Assembly: GCA_965228735.1 (NCBI GenBank)
Contig: OZ245838.1
Span: 1,600,001-1,664,000 of the forward strand
Length of the DNA stretch: 64,000 bases
Direction: 5' to 3'
Origin: Planctomycetota bacterium
GTDB lineage: Bacteria > Planctomycetota > UBA1135 > UBA2386
This document shows, in pieces, positions 41,493-51,068 of the stretch; positions within the stretch are counted from its first letter, which is position 1; the number at the start of each line of letters is the position of its first letter. The notes beneath the pieces were generated by a model. It ran no database searches. It saw nothing but the letters and a program-made list of their open reading frames with translations, and was not told where the DNA came from. Position numbers and translations under genes: made by a program.

Positions 41493-42836
41493 TCATCGGC
41501 CGTTCCCGGGAAAGACCCGAAGCGTCTTTTCCATCGGCGGCCCCGGGCCGAAGCGCTGCTGCAGCACCACGGACAGCTGGCCCTTGCGGTCGGGCACGAC
41601 AACGACTGCCGCGAACGAACGGTTGCCGGGATCGACGCCGCTGGGACCAAACTGCTCGAACGTGAGCACGTCCACGCCCTCCTCTTCGACGACGTGAGGC
41701 CGCAGACCCGGCCACACGCGAGCGACCTCCGTTGCGAGCACGACGATCGAGCAACCCGCGAAGCTGCACCAGTCGTCGGGCAGATCCGCGAACTCGTCCA
41801 TCTCCTGTCGGAGCTCACGCCACTCCGCGGGCGTCGTCACTCGGCGACAGAGCGCGGTCTCACGACCCTCGATGTGCCGCTCCGCGAACCGATGCACCTC
41901 GAGTCGGGGCGCCGTCGTGGGATCGGGGATGCGGAACCGCGCCGCACGCACGATCTCGTCGGCGTGGCCCGGGACGGAGGCCTCGAGATCGAGGACGCCG
42001 CGAACCCGCGGAACGACATAGAGACCGACCCGCGAAGCCGTGTCCGGCGTACGCCCGATCGGAAGCGGCGAGTCGTAGTCGAACGGGCGCACGACCGCGC
42101 CGGCTCGACCGAAGAAGAACTCGACGAACTGAGCGCCGTCCTCGCGAGCCGCTTGCCGCCGCATCGGCCGCACGAGCACGACCCCGCTCTGGAAGTCGAG
42201 CTGCTCGGAGAACGGGACGAGATCGATGCCCTGCAGACTCTTGCGATAGCGCCAGCAGAAGTCGCGGAACGTCACCACGTCCGTGATCAGTTGCTGCGAG
42301 TCGGGCGGCTCCACGAGCTCGAGGATCAGGGGCAGAATCGCCTTGCCACTCTGCTCACGCGGAGCATTGGAGTCCGCACCGACGATACGAAACGTCGGGC
42401 GGCCAGAACGCGCCGGAGCGTCCGCCTCGAACGCCGGTGGTTCGGCGAACCGGCGATCGTCCGTGCTCACGATGGCGAATCGCCGCTCCACGACCGGCGC
42501 GTCCATCGCCCCTGTCAGTCGCAACACCAGGCGGTCGCCACGCAGAACGTCTGCGATCGCGATCGCACCGCCATGCCCCTGCCCGAGCGGCAGGAAGCGA
42601 ACGGTGTGTCCGGCCGGCGCCGACGGCAAGTCACCCGAGAAGTTGCACGACCGCAATGCGCGTTCCAGGTCGGCCGGCGTCGGCAAGACCCGCAAGAGCT
42701 CGCCCGCGGGACACCCCTCGCCGGCGGCGAGCACCGTCGCGACCGTCGAGGCTTGCTGCTGGGCCATCGTCGAACACGACATCGAAAGGGCCGCGACGAC
42801 GCCTGCCACGAGCAGAAACGGGCATCGGGTCTGCAT
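41493..42836 (-). CDS. hypothetical lipoprotein, possibly tandem PrcB-C-like domains
   Basis: Lipobox LSMSC; three similar alpha/beta segments. Confidence 0.65.
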   Translation of the reverse strand: MQTRCPFLLVAGVVAALSMSCSTMAQQQASTVATVLAAGEGCPAGELLRVLPTPADLERALRSCNFSGDLPSAPAGHTVRFLPLGQGHGGAIAIADVLRGDRLVLRLTGAMDAPVVERRFAIVSTDDRRFAEPPAFEADAPARSGRPTFRIVGADSNAPREQSGKAILPLILELVEPPDSQQLITDVVTFRDFCWRYRKSLQGIDLVPFSEQLDFQSGVVLVRPMRRQAAREDGAQFVEFFFGRAGAVVRPFDYDSPLPIGRTPDTASRVGLYVVPRVRGVLDLEASVPGHADEIVRAARFRIPDPTTAPRLEVHRFAERHIEGRETALCRRVTTPAEWRELRQEMDEFADLPDDWCSFAGCSIVVLATEVARVWPGLRPHVVEEEGVDVLTFEQFGPSGVDPGNRSFAAVVVVPDRKGQLSVVLQQRFGPGPPMEKTLRVFPGNGR

Positions 42837-42859
42837 TCGCGAGAGCTTAGGATCCCGGC

Positions 42860-44284
42860 ATGATCCTGTCGCGCCGCCTGCTCGCCATCGCGCTCTGCGC
42901 GCCCGCCGCCGTCGTCACCGCCCAGGGCGAATCGCCCGTGCCGGATCCGGCGATGCTGAAGATCGGCGCGAGCTACGCGGCGAAGGTGGCCGCATCGGCG
43001 GTCTTCGTGAGCGGCCGCACGATCGAGTCCGTGATGGCCGAGGAGTTCGCGCCCGACACGGCGCTCGACAAGATGCTGCGGCCGTTCCTGAAGTTCGAGG
43101 TCGACGAGGACGAACGGTCGGTCACGGCCAGGCTGCCGTTCCTCAGCGCGATCGCGGTTGCGACGCGCGGTCTCGGTTGCGTGTTGCTGCGGGACGGCGC
43201 GGATCGCCAATCACTCCAGGCACGTGGTCCGGCGGTGGCCGAACCACCGGGGCCACGCGAGTGGCCGCTCGGCGAGCTCGTGCGCGAACCGGCGTCGTTC
43301 GCCGGCATCGACGCGGCCGCCGTGCGCCGCGCGGTCGCCGCGGCATTCGAGGAACCCGCCAAGGGTCCAGAGCGCCGCACGCGTGCGGTCGTCGTCGTCT
43401 TTCGCGGCGACCTGATCGCGGAGCGGTATCGCGAAGGCTACGGCCCGGCCACGCTGCTGCCGGGCTGGTCGATGACGAAGACACTCGTCGACGCACTCGT
43501 CGGCATCCGCGTGCGGCAGGGCAAGCTCGAACTCGATGCCGAGCTCGCGACGCCCGACTGGCCCGCGGCCGATCCGCGCCGCGCGCTGCGCTTGCAGGAC
43601 CTGCTCGGCATGCACTCCGGACTCGCCTGGAGCGAGAGCTACACCGACCCGGGCAGCGACTGCCTGCGGATGCTGTTCGGCTCGAGCGACCACGCCAGCG
43701 TGCAGGCCCGGAACGAGCTCGAGGCCGAACCGCGGTCGCGCTGGCTGTACTCGAGCGGCACGACGAACCTGATCTGCCGCGAGCTGCGCGCGTCGTTCGA
43801 GGGCGACGGCGGCGACGACGCCTACTGGGCGTTCCCGCGGCGCGAGCTGTTCACCCCGCTCGGCATCCAGCGCGGCCTCATCGAGTGCGATCCGAGCGGC
43901 ACGTTCGTCGGCAGCTCGTACGGGTTCCTCACCGCGCGCGACTGGGCGCGGATCGGGATGCTCTACGAACAGGACGGCACGTTCGCCGGTCGCCGCATCC
44001 TGCCGGCGGGCTGGGTCGCGCGCGCGGCAACGCCGGTGCCGGCGAGCGGCGGCCGCTACGGCAGCCAGATCTGGCTGAACGCGGACCCCGACGGCGACGG
44101 CCCGGTGCAGGCGCGCTGGCCCGAGCTGCCGACCGACCTCATGCGCCTCGACGGCCACGAAGGGCAATACGTCGTGATCGTCCCGTCCGCCGATCTCGTG
44201 ATCGCGCGGCTCGGCTGCACGAAGGCGACCGACGCCGGGGTGCGAGAACTCGCCGCGGCCGTGTTCGCGGCTATCGACCGCTGA
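42860..44284 (+). CDS. serine hydrolase, beta-lactamase class C/AmpC-like
   Basis: Signal peptide; WSMTK (SxxK), LLGMHSGL, YSSGTTN, GHEGQY. Confidence 0.9.
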   Translation: MILSRRLLAIALCAPAAVVTAQGESPVPDPAMLKIGASYAAKVAASAVFVSGRTIESVMAEEFAPDTALDKMLRPFLKFEVDEDERSVTARLPFLSAIAVATRGLGCVLLRDGADRQSLQARGPAVAEPPGPREWPLGELVREPASFAGIDAAAVRRAVAAAFEEPAKGPERRTRAVVVVFRGDLIAERYREGYGPATLLPGWSMTKTLVDALVGIRVRQGKLELDAELATPDWPAADPRRALRLQDLLGMHSGLAWSESYTDPGSDCLRMLFGSSDHASVQARNELEAEPRSRWLYSSGTTNLICRELRASFEGDGGDDAYWAFPRRELFTPLGIQRGLIECDPSGTFVGSSYGFLTARDWARIGMLYEQDGTFAGRRILPAGWVARAATPVPASGGRYGSQIWLNADPDGDGPVQARWPELPTDLMRLDGHEGQYVVIVPSADLVIARLGCTKATDAGVRELAAAVFAAIDR

Positions 44285-45272
44285 CCGGCAAGCCGTCGTC
44301 GTCGGGCTGGCTCAGACGCTCGAGGTTCGACCACGGGCCATCGGGATCGGGCACGCCCGGCCCGCGCGGCTGCAGGTAGTCGGCCCAACGGTTCACGAAG
44401 CGCAGGTCACCGGCGACGAGACCGACGAGCGCAGGGTGCTTCGCGAGGATGTTCGCGAGCACCGTCGCCTTGGTCGCGACGGACACGCGTGGCAGCTCGG
44501 CATCGACGGGCCGGCCGTAGCCGAAGATCACGGGCTGCCCATCCGCGCGCGCGAGCTTGATGCGCACTTCGGGGTAGCTGCGCCCGCGCATCCAGCGCTC
44601 GCCGAGGTTGGTCGTGTCGATCTCGAGCAACCGCGGCGCGGCCGGCACGAGCGGCGTGAGCTCGTCGCGCCATTCCAGCGCGATGCCGACGGCCACGAGG
44701 ACGCGCGGCTCGGCGACGGGCGCGCCCGGCTCCATCCGGATGCGCGTGAAGCCACCTTCGCGGTAGAGCCGCACGACGGGCAGATCGGTGCCGGCCACGG
44801 GCGCGAGCGCGCGACCGTCGGCGCCGACGAGGCCGAGCAGCTCACCGTCCTCGGCCTCGACGGCGACGACCGGGCGTCGTAGTTCGACCGCGAGGCGGAA
44901 GCGATCCGGGAATTGCCGCGTCAGGTCGACGCGCCGGATCCACGGGGACGCCTCGAGCCCGGCTTTGAGCCGCAGACTCGCGGGCTCATCGAGGATCGCG
45001 ATGCTGTCCTGCAGCGCCGGCCCGATGTCGGCCATGACCGCGAGCAGCAGCGGCCCATGCAGCCAATCCGGCTCGTGGACGAACCCGACCTGATCGAGTT
45101 CGACCAGCGGGCTCTGCGCGGTCGCCTGCTGGTAGCGCGCGGCGAGCACATCGAGTGCGCGCGGACCGCACAACCAGATGGTCAGCGCGAACGCACCGAC
45201 GACGAAGACCCTTACCGCCCAGAGTCGTTGCGAGCGGTCGCCAGCTGGAGTGGCTTGCTCGTCGCGGGGCAC
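44271..45272 (-). CDS. FtsQ/DivIB-like bitopic protein
   Basis: Single TM helix, POTRA-like PWIRRVDLTRQFPDRFRLAVELRRPV, LVGADG..L, LPVV, DLRF. Confidence 0.6.
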   Translation of the reverse strand: MPRDEQATPAGDRSQRLWAVRVFVVGAFALTIWLCGPRALDVLAARYQQATAQSPLVELDQVGFVHEPDWLHGPLLLAVMADIGPALQDSIAILDEPASLRLKAGLEASPWIRRVDLTRQFPDRFRLAVELRRPVVAVEAEDGELLGLVGADGRALAPVAGTDLPVVRLYREGGFTRIRMEPGAPVAEPRVLVAVGIALEWRDELTPLVPAAPRLLEIDTTNLGERWMRGRSYPEVRIKLARADGQPVIFGYGRPVDAELPRVSVATKATVLANILAKHPALVGLVAGDLRFVNRWADYLQPRGPGVPDPDGPWSNLERLSQPDDDGLPVSGR

Positions 45273-45353
45273 CCGATCCGATTCCGGAGCCGGCGGCCGA
45301 TCACGCCGACGCGATCACCGATCGCGGTGGGCGTGACCGACGCGCGGACTCGA

Positions 45354-45605
45354 TCAGTTGAGGCGCGCGACGACCGGCTTCGGCTCGCCGGACTTGGCCC
45401 GACGGCCACCGCCCGTGAGCGTCTCGCAGTCGTCGACGAAGATCTCGAGCGTGTCGAGCGCGCTCTCGACGACGTCGCGATCGATCGTGACCTCGGCGCC
45501 GCCCTTGGCCGCTTCGAGTTCATGCTCGAGCATCCGCGACAGGACCTTGAGCTGCGAGAGGTGACGGCCGACGAACTTGCCGACGTTGACTTCCTTGTTT
45601 TCCAT
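45354..45605 (-). CDS. small helical hypothetical protein (83 aa)
   Basis: GGAG SD, strong codon bias. Confidence 0.8.
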   Translation of the reverse strand: MENKEVNVGKFVGRHLSQLKVLSRMLEHELEAAKGGAEVTIDRDVVESALDTLEIFVDDCETLTGGGRRAKSGEPKPVVARLN

Positions 45606-46020
45606 GACTGACTCCGACTGTGCGCAGTCAACGAACGGGCTCGAGACTCAAAGGTGCGTTGCCGGGCGGCAATGCACCATTCAGGACCCAAACCGAGGAT
45701 CGCGCGACCACGCGAGTCCCATCTGGCGATGGGAGGTTTTGGGAAGGACCGGATAAGCGAAACACTCCGCAGACCATCGCGGAGCGCCGGCCAGTCTAAC
45801 TCGAACGCGCCCACAAACCAGCACGTTCCTCCCCACCGTGAACGCGTAGTCCTCCCGATTCGCGCGCCGATCCCACGATTGCGCGCCGATCCGTTCACGT
45901 CCTGTTAGGACCATTCCACATTGGACACGCATTCCTGACGGCGCGACACCGAAGCTGCCAGAGCGCCGCGCCAGCGATTCGAGCGTTCCTTTCCCGCGGC
46001 GGCTGTGCGATGCTGCGACC

Positions 46021-48096
46021 GTGGCTTCGCGACCTTCGCCGCCGATCGACCGCACGTTCAAGGGCTACACCCTCAACGACTTCCAGGTCGAGGCCGCGGA
46101 TGCGATCGACGCCGACCACAACGTGCTGCTCGCCGCGCCGACCGGCTCGGGCAAGACGCTCGTCGCCGAATACGCGATCGCCCGCGCGCTCGAGAACGGC
46201 AAACGCGCGATCTACACGAGCCCGATCAAGGCGCTGAGCAACCAGAAGTTCCGCGACTTCCGCGCCGAGGGCCAGCGCGTGGGCCTGATGACGGGCGACC
46301 TCACGCTCGACCCCGACGCGCCGATCGTCCTGATGACGACGGAGATCTTCCGCAACGCGGTGTTCGAGGACCCCGAGCGGTTCGACGACACCGACGTCGC
46401 CGTGTTCGACGAGGTGCACTACGTCGACGATCGCGACCGCGGCACGGTCTGGGAGGAGAGCCTGATCTTCGCGCCCCCCCACGTGCGGTTCATCGGGCTG
46501 TCCGCGACGATCGACAACCTGCACGAGTTCGGCGAGTGGATCCGCTCCGTGCGCGAGCACGAGCTCACGGTCATCGAGCACAGCAAGCGCCCCGTGCCCC
46601 TGTCGCACCGGCTCTACCACCCCGACGCGGGCGTGTTCCAACTCGCGCAGCGCCCGCGCGCGATCGCGCTGCACGAGAAATCGGCGGCCCGCGACAAACA
46701 GCACACCGAACGCGCCGGCCGCGCCGGTCGCCGCGAGCGCGAACGCTCCCGCTGGGGCGACAAGCGCGAACGCAAGCAGGGCCGCCGCATCCACGTCGGC
46801 CCGCGCCCGTACCAGCTGCTGCTCGACCAGATCCAGCACCGGCAGCTGCTGCCGGCGCTCTACTTCTGCTTCAGCCGCAAGGAGTGCGAGATCAAGGCGG
46901 AGCGCAGCATGCACCGGCGGCTCCTCGACCGCCGCGAACAGGGCCGCATCCAGGATCTGTTCGACGAGATCTGCGGTCAGTTCGAGCTGGAGCCGGACGA
47001 CGATCCAGGACTGCGCGGCATCATCGGCCGGGCGCGGCTCGGCGTGGGCTACCACCACGCGGGCATGCTGCCGATCCACAAGGAGGTCGTCGAACGGTTG
47101 TTCACGTCGGGCCTGCTCAAGCTGCTGTTCACGACGGAGACGTTCGCGCTCGGCATCAACATGCCGGCCCGCACCGCGATCTTCGATCTCTTGCGCAAGT
47201 ACGACGGCGTCCAGATGGACTACATGAAGAGCCGCGACTACCTGCAGATGGCGGGCCGCGCCGGGCGCCAGGGCCTCGACAAGAGCGGCCTCGTCATCTC
47301 GATCCTGGAGGACCAGGATCTGATCGACGGCCCGCTGTCGCGCTACCACAGCGGCAAGGTCGAGCCGATCACGTCGCGCTTCAACCTGTCGTACTCGACG
47401 ATCCTCAACCTCTTCGAACGACTCGGCAGCAAGGGCCTGCTCGCGGCCTACGACAAGAGCTTCGCCGCGTTCCAGGCGATGACGGGCTCGGCCAAGGTGC
47501 GCGCGAAGAAGAAGGCCGCGGCCCACGCGAGCCTCGCGCTGCGCGTGCAGGTGCTTCGCGATGCCGGCTACCTCGACGATCAGGAGGTCATGCCGCGCGG
47601 CCGCGTCGCGCAGAAGATCAACGGCTACGAGATCCAGGCGACCGAGCTGCTGTTCAGCGGCGTGCTCGACAAGATGGACATCCATCAGCTCGCGTGCACG
47701 TTCGCGGCGCTGATCTACGAGGAGCGCCGCCGCGCCGACCCGCGCCACCACCGGCGTGAGACCGGCCCGCTGATGCGCGAGGCGAACGCCGCGGTGCAGC
47801 GCTTCGTCGCCATCGAGCACGCCCACAACGTGGCCCACCCGATCAAGGAACCCGACTTCGGCATCGCGCCGGCCATCGACGCGTGGAGCCGCGGCGGCTC
47901 GATCGAGGACCTCGAACGGCTGGCGCACAGCGACGCGGGCGATGCGGTGCGCACGCTGCGCATGGCGATCCAGATGATGCGCCAGGTGCGCATGGCCGTC
48001 GGCAAGGGCGAGCCGCTCGCCGACCGACTCGACGAGGCCGTCGTCGCGATCAACCGCGACGAGGTCGACGCCAAGCGTCAGTTCGAGCTCGGCTGA
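46021..48096 (+). CDS. Ski2-like DEAD/DEAH RNA helicase (HelY-like)
   Basis: APTGSGKT, YTSPIKALSNQK, DEVH, LSAT, GINMPA, QMAGRAGRQG. Confidence 0.93.
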   Translation: MASRPSPPIDRTFKGYTLNDFQVEAADAIDADHNVLLAAPTGSGKTLVAEYAIARALENGKRAIYTSPIKALSNQKFRDFRAEGQRVGLMTGDLTLDPDAPIVLMTTEIFRNAVFEDPERFDDTDVAVFDEVHYVDDRDRGTVWEESLIFAPPHVRFIGLSATIDNLHEFGEWIRSVREHELTVIEHSKRPVPLSHRLYHPDAGVFQLAQRPRAIALHEKSAARDKQHTERAGRAGRRERERSRWGDKRERKQGRRIHVGPRPYQLLLDQIQHRQLLPALYFCFSRKECEIKAERSMHRRLLDRREQGRIQDLFDEICGQFELEPDDDPGLRGIIGRARLGVGYHHAGMLPIHKEVVERLFTSGLLKLLFTTETFALGINMPARTAIFDLLRKYDGVQMDYMKSRDYLQMAGRAGRQGLDKSGLVISILEDQDLIDGPLSRYHSGKVEPITSRFNLSYSTILNLFERLGSKGLLAAYDKSFAAFQAMTGSAKVRAKKKAAAHASLALRVQVLRDAGYLDDQEVMPRGRVAQKINGYEIQATELLFSGVLDKMDIHQLACTFAALIYEERRRADPRHHRRETGPLMREANAAVQRFVAIEHAHNVAHPIKEPDFGIAPAIDAWSRGGSIEDLERLAHSDAGDAVRTLRMAIQMMRQVRMAVGKGEPLADRLDEAVVAINRDEVDAKRQFELG

Positions 48097-49520
48097 GCGC
48101 GTGGGGCAACGCCTGCCGGAGCGCTCGCAGTCTCGGGGAGCGGCCACGCGGCGGCGACCCACAGCCACGCCACGCCGGTCCAGTGCGCGAGCAGTCGCGG
48201 CGCCGAGCTCTTCAGGCTGTGCAGGACGTCGGACTCCGGCGACAGCATGAGAGCCGCGAACACGATGGCGAACCCGCCACCGAGCCAGGCGAGGACGAGG
48301 TTGCCAGGGGCCGTCAGCGCGCGGCGGCGATGCAGGGCGAGCACCAGGAGCGCCACGACGAACGTGAGCCCGAAGCGTTTCGGATCGGTGCCGAACTGCA
48401 GCAGCCCGAGGAGCACGTCGGGGAGGAAAGCGAGCTTGTCGCCGAGGCGCTCGAAACCGGTGACGTACTGCCCGAGCGCCGTCGTGGTGAACTCGTTGGG
48501 GAGCGCCAGCAAGAGCAGCGGCGGCAGCACACCGAGGATCAGGAGCACGACCAGGCGAGTGGCGGCACCGCGCCCCAGCAGGTCGAGACCACGCCGCAGC
48601 AGGATCACGAGAACCGCGCCCGCGACTGCCAGGAAGACCGTGCTCTTCAACACGCGGGCGCCCCCCTCGAAGTCGCGCACGGTGAGCATGTGCGCTCCGA
48701 TCAGAACGACGACGATCGCCGAGGCGCCCACCATGAATGCCCCGCGCCACCACGTCGTGCCGCGCCCGGCGAACACGAACGGGACGAACGGCAGGAACGC
48801 GCCGAGCACGACACCCTCGGGCTTCAGGAGCGGCAGCAACGCGGCCGCGGCAGTGAGCATGAGGCCGTCGCGCAACAGCAATCCCGCGCCGGCCGCCGTG
48901 AGCGCGACGGCGAAGAACATCTCGGCGTAGCCCGAGTCCGCCGACCCGCCGCTCGTGTCGAGGAAGAACGGCACGGTCGCGAACGCGAGGCCGGTTACGA
49001 GCGCTCGCGCGCGGTCGCTGCTGTGGAGGCGGTGGGCAGCTCCCACGCCGAGCGCGACGAACAACAGCCAAAGCAGCGGGAAGAGGAGTCGCCCCACGCT
49101 CGCGACGCAGAGCGGCTGCAGCAGCGGATAGCTCGGGCTGTGGTGGAACGCGGCGGGATCGGCGAACAGCGGATTGTCGAACGTGAGGCCGAGCGCGAGC
49201 GCGTTGGACTTGAGTTCCCACGCCACGATGCCGTCCCAGCCGCGCGACGGCGTCGCGAGCGCACCATAAGTGAGCATGCCGAAGCCGACGAGCACGACGG
49301 CGGCCAGCAACCAGGGCAAGACCACCGGCATCGGTCGTCCCGGCGGCGTGGCATCGGCGGCCCCCGATGCCCATCGCGAGACGAACACGCCGACTACCAA
49401 AGCAACCGGAAGCTCGAACGGCAGCAGTGCGATGCCGAGGATCAGCTGCACGTAGCCGAGCAGCCCGAACAGCGCGAGGCCGAGGATCAGGCCACGCGCA
49501 CCGACGTAGAGCGCGTTCAT
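48078..49520 (-). CDS. polytopic membrane protein, GT-C-like
   Basis: WDG..W.LK, H.SYPLL, GYAE, KPEG; many TM helices. Confidence 0.75.
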   Translation of the reverse strand: MNALYVGARGLILGLALFGLLGYVQLILGIALLPFELPVALVVGVFVSRWASGAADATPPGRPMPVVLPWLLAAVVLVGFGMLTYGALATPSRGWDGIVAWELKSNALALGLTFDNPLFADPAAFHHSPSYPLLQPLCVASVGRLLFPLLWLLFVALGVGAAHRLHSSDRARALVTGLAFATVPFFLDTSGGSADSGYAEMFFAVALTAAGAGLLLRDGLMLTAAAALLPLLKPEGVVLGAFLPFVPFVFAGRGTTWWRGAFMVGASAIVVVLIGAHMLTVRDFEGGARVLKSTVFLAVAGAVLVILLRRGLDLLGRGAATRLVVLLILGVLPPLLLLALPNEFTTTALGQYVTGFERLGDKLAFLPDVLLGLLQFGTDPKRFGLTFVVALLVLALHRRRALTAPGNLVLAWLGGGFAIVFAALMLSPESDVLHSLKSSAPRLLAHWTGVAWLWVAAAWPLPETASAPAGVAPRAQPSSN

Positions 49521-49957
49521 CGCGCCTCCAGTGCCAGCCTGGCTCCGTCGCCGATCAGCGTCACCCCAGCGACCGGTCGCCCGCGGTGTTCCCCGGCGAC
49601 GACGACGAGGCGCTCCTCGAAGCAGCACAGCCGCGGCCAGAGCAGCGCCGGGGCGTACTCGAGCGCATCCTCGGGCAACCCGCGGATCGGCACGATCGCG
49701 TTGTCCGGTGTCGTGCGCAGCAGCTCCTCGATCACCGCGATCGAGCGCTCGACGTCCTCCGGATGGTTCGGGAAGCCATCCTCGAGCCGCCAGCGCACCG
49801 CGCCGCGCGTCCGAAACTCGGCGACCTCTCCCCAGCGCTTGCTGGCCGCGCGCGGCAGCCGCGCGACTCCGATCCCGCAATGGACGATCACGGCGAGCCC
49901 GATCCAGAACGACGTACGCCGCCATCGCGGCTTCGGACTCGTGAGCTCGCTGCCCAT
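49517..49957 (-). CDS. hypothetical membrane-anchored protein
   Basis: N-terminal TM helix; ATGA overlap with the next gene. Confidence 0.65.
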   Translation of the reverse strand: MGSELTSPKPRWRRTSFWIGLAVIVHCGIGVARLPRAASKRWGEVAEFRTRGAVRWRLEDGFPNHPEDVERSIAVIEELLRTTPDNAIVPIRGLPEDALEYAPALLWPRLCCFEERLVVVAGEHRGRPVAGVTLIGDGARLALEAR

Positions 49958-50027
49958 CCGCCGGCAGCATAGGCCCGGCCGCGGCCCGGCGCGACGCGTT
50001 TGACGGCGCCCTGCGCTTCGGCTCTGC

Positions 50028-51068
50028 TTGCGTTCCGTGCCGCCCTTGTCCGTGACCGTGGCGATCCCGTGCCGGGACGCAGGGCCGTTCCTGCGCCCGA
50101 TGCTCGAGTCGCTGCTCGGACAGGTTTGGCCCGACGAGCGCCCCCCGGTGCGCCTGCTGCTCGTCGACGACGGCTCGACGGACGATTCCGCGATCCGCGC
50201 CCGCGAGATCGCCGGCGACCGGCTCGAGATCGAGCTGAGCCGGGAGCCGCGCGGCATCGGCGGCAACTGGAATCGCTGCGCCGAGCTGGCGATCGCGACT
50301 GGTGCGGACGCGTTCTGCCTCGCCCACCAGGACGATATCTACGCCCCGACGTTCCTCGCCCGGCTCGCCGCGGCGCTCGAAGCGCAAGCCGACGCCGGGA
50401 TCGCGCACTGCCGGGCGACCGCGATCGATCAGAGCGGCCGACCCGTCGATTCCGGCGCCGAACGCTACAAGCAGCACTTCTGGCGCGACGGGCCGCAGCG
50501 CGATCGGGCCGCGCAATACCGGCGGCTGTGGAACGGCAACTTCGTGTGCTGTCCCGCGGTGCTGTATCGAGCCTCGGCGTTCACCGCCACCGGCACGTTC
50601 CGCACGGACCTGCGCTTCGCCCTCGACTGGGAGTACTGGTTCCGGTTGCTGCGCACCGGACACGGAATCGCCGACGTCGACGAGGCGCTCGTCGAGTATC
50701 GCCGCCACCCGACGGCCGCCACGCGCGTCGCCACGAGTGACCGTTGGCGCTTCGAGGAGGAGCTCCAGGTCCTCGACGAGGCCCGCCGCGAGGGCATCGC
50801 GGCCGGGCTGTTGTCGGCGACCGCCGGACCGAGTCCCGCGCTGCGCAACAACCTGCTGCACGAGGCGCTCACGGATCTCGAGCGCGGCGATCACCGCGGC
50901 GCCCGCAAGAAGCTCGAGTTCGTGCGCGATCACGCGCCCGAGCTTTGGCGCGACTTCTACGTTCGGACGTTCCGCACGCTGACGCGCCTCGGCCCGCCCG
51001 GCCGCGTGCTGCTCGGCGTTTGCCGCGGGCTCGCGATCCGCTACGGCCTCGGCGGAGCCTCGGGATGA
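50028..51068 (+). CDS. glycosyltransferase family 2
   Basis: VAIPC, VDDGSTD, NWNRC, HQDD, DWEYWFR. Confidence 0.9.
   Translation: MRSVPPLSVTVAIPCRDAGPFLRPMLESLLGQVWPDERPPVRLLLVDDGSTDDSAIRAREIAGDRLEIELSREPRGIGGNWNRCAELAIATGADAFCLAHQDDIYAPTFLARLAAALEAQADAGIAHCRATAIDQSGRPVDSGAERYKQHFWRDGPQRDRAAQYRRLWNGNFVCCPAVLYRASAFTATGTFRTDLRFALDWEYWFRLLRTGHGIADVDEALVEYRRHPTAATRVATSDRWRFEEELQVLDEARREGIAAGLLSATAGPSPALRNNLLHEALTDLERGDHRGARKKLEFVRDHAPELWRDFYVRTFRTLTRLGPPGRVLLGVCRGLAIRYGLGGASG

Noticed and set aside
45810..45837. MraZ-type GTGG repeats upstream of the FtsQ-like operon
   Set aside because: Spacing is 12 and 10 with one degenerate unit; too weak
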